A stretch of DNA of 64,000 nt from a virus: positions 64,001 through 128,000 of the IMG/VR virus record IMGVR_UViG_3300031566_000001; one strand, 5' to 3'. The notes beneath the pieces were generated by a model. It did not search any database. It saw only the letters and a list, made by a program, of their open reading frames with translations, and was not told where the DNA came from. Every line of letters starts with the position of its first letter. Position 1 is the stretch's first letter. Below are positions 63,828 through 64,000 of the stretch, piece by piece. The translations under genes were made by a program, and so were the position numbers.

Positions 63828-64000
63828 ATGGATATACTCAGTGCTTTCGTGGAGCGTGATGTGTATCGGTTGTGGCTTGAGAAGACCGAGAAGGAGCGCA
63901 ACACGGCCAAGCTCCAGGGGCTAACAGAGTGCCAGTGCTGCGGCTTCTGCTGTGCCCGGCGGACATGTGTGCCCCTGCCGGATGAGTTGGAGTCCATTGC
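63828..64000 (+). CDS. YkgJ-family cysteine cluster protein (runs off the window)
   Basis: MDILSAF...ECQCCGFCC. Confidence 0.65.
   Translation, partial: MDILSAFVERDVYRLWLEKTEKERNTAKLQGLTECQCCGFCCARRTCVPLPDELESI

Noticed and set aside
1-64000. Alternative genetic code (stop codon reassignment)
   Set aside because: TAA, TAG and TGA all end well-formed genes, with many ATGA/GTGA overlaps; coding density under code 11 is high.
1-64000. Minus-strand ORFs in the six-frame track
   Set aside because: They overlap convincing + strand genes and show no recognisable motifs; they are consistent with GC-rich antisense shadows.
1-64000. Integrase, repressor, tRNA genes and a firm host assignment
   Set aside because: None recognised by eye. 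Lifestyle and host cannot be established from this window without searches.

Overview
A 64 kb segment, probably most of the genome, of a GC-rich tailed (siphovirus-like) bacteriophage with every credible gene on the + strand. The order is: replication/recombination (DnaB, SSB-like, DnaC/IstB-like loader, PD-(D/E)XK nuclease, RuvC; 1-13.8 kb); packaging and head (terminase, portal-head morphogenesis fusion, protease/scaffold, capsid; 14-26.8 kb); a triple glycosyltransferase; tail (29.4-40.8 kb); lysis (40.9-44.3 kb); a ~17.5 kb glycan synthesis/decoration cluster (GDP-fucose synthase, GT10, GT47, other GTs, sulfotransferases, methyltransferases, radical SAM; 44.5-61.9 kb); and an early region behind a consensus sigma70 promoter. 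No integrase, repressor, RT, tRNA or CRISPR array is visible. Main non-obvious signals: (1) a large phage glycan pathway plus a capsid-adjacent GT4-GT2-GT2 enzyme with a nested internal start; (2) eight dispersed copies of a two-palindrome element with fixed 15-bp spacing, mostly tied to 19-bp-spacer promoters; (3) a type II hammerhead ribozyme with a pseudoknot and variant core; (4) three copies of the 5' end of an HNH gene with small ORFs between them; (5) a likely +1 tail-chaperone frameshift. All protein calls are from motif recognition by eye; no searches were run.
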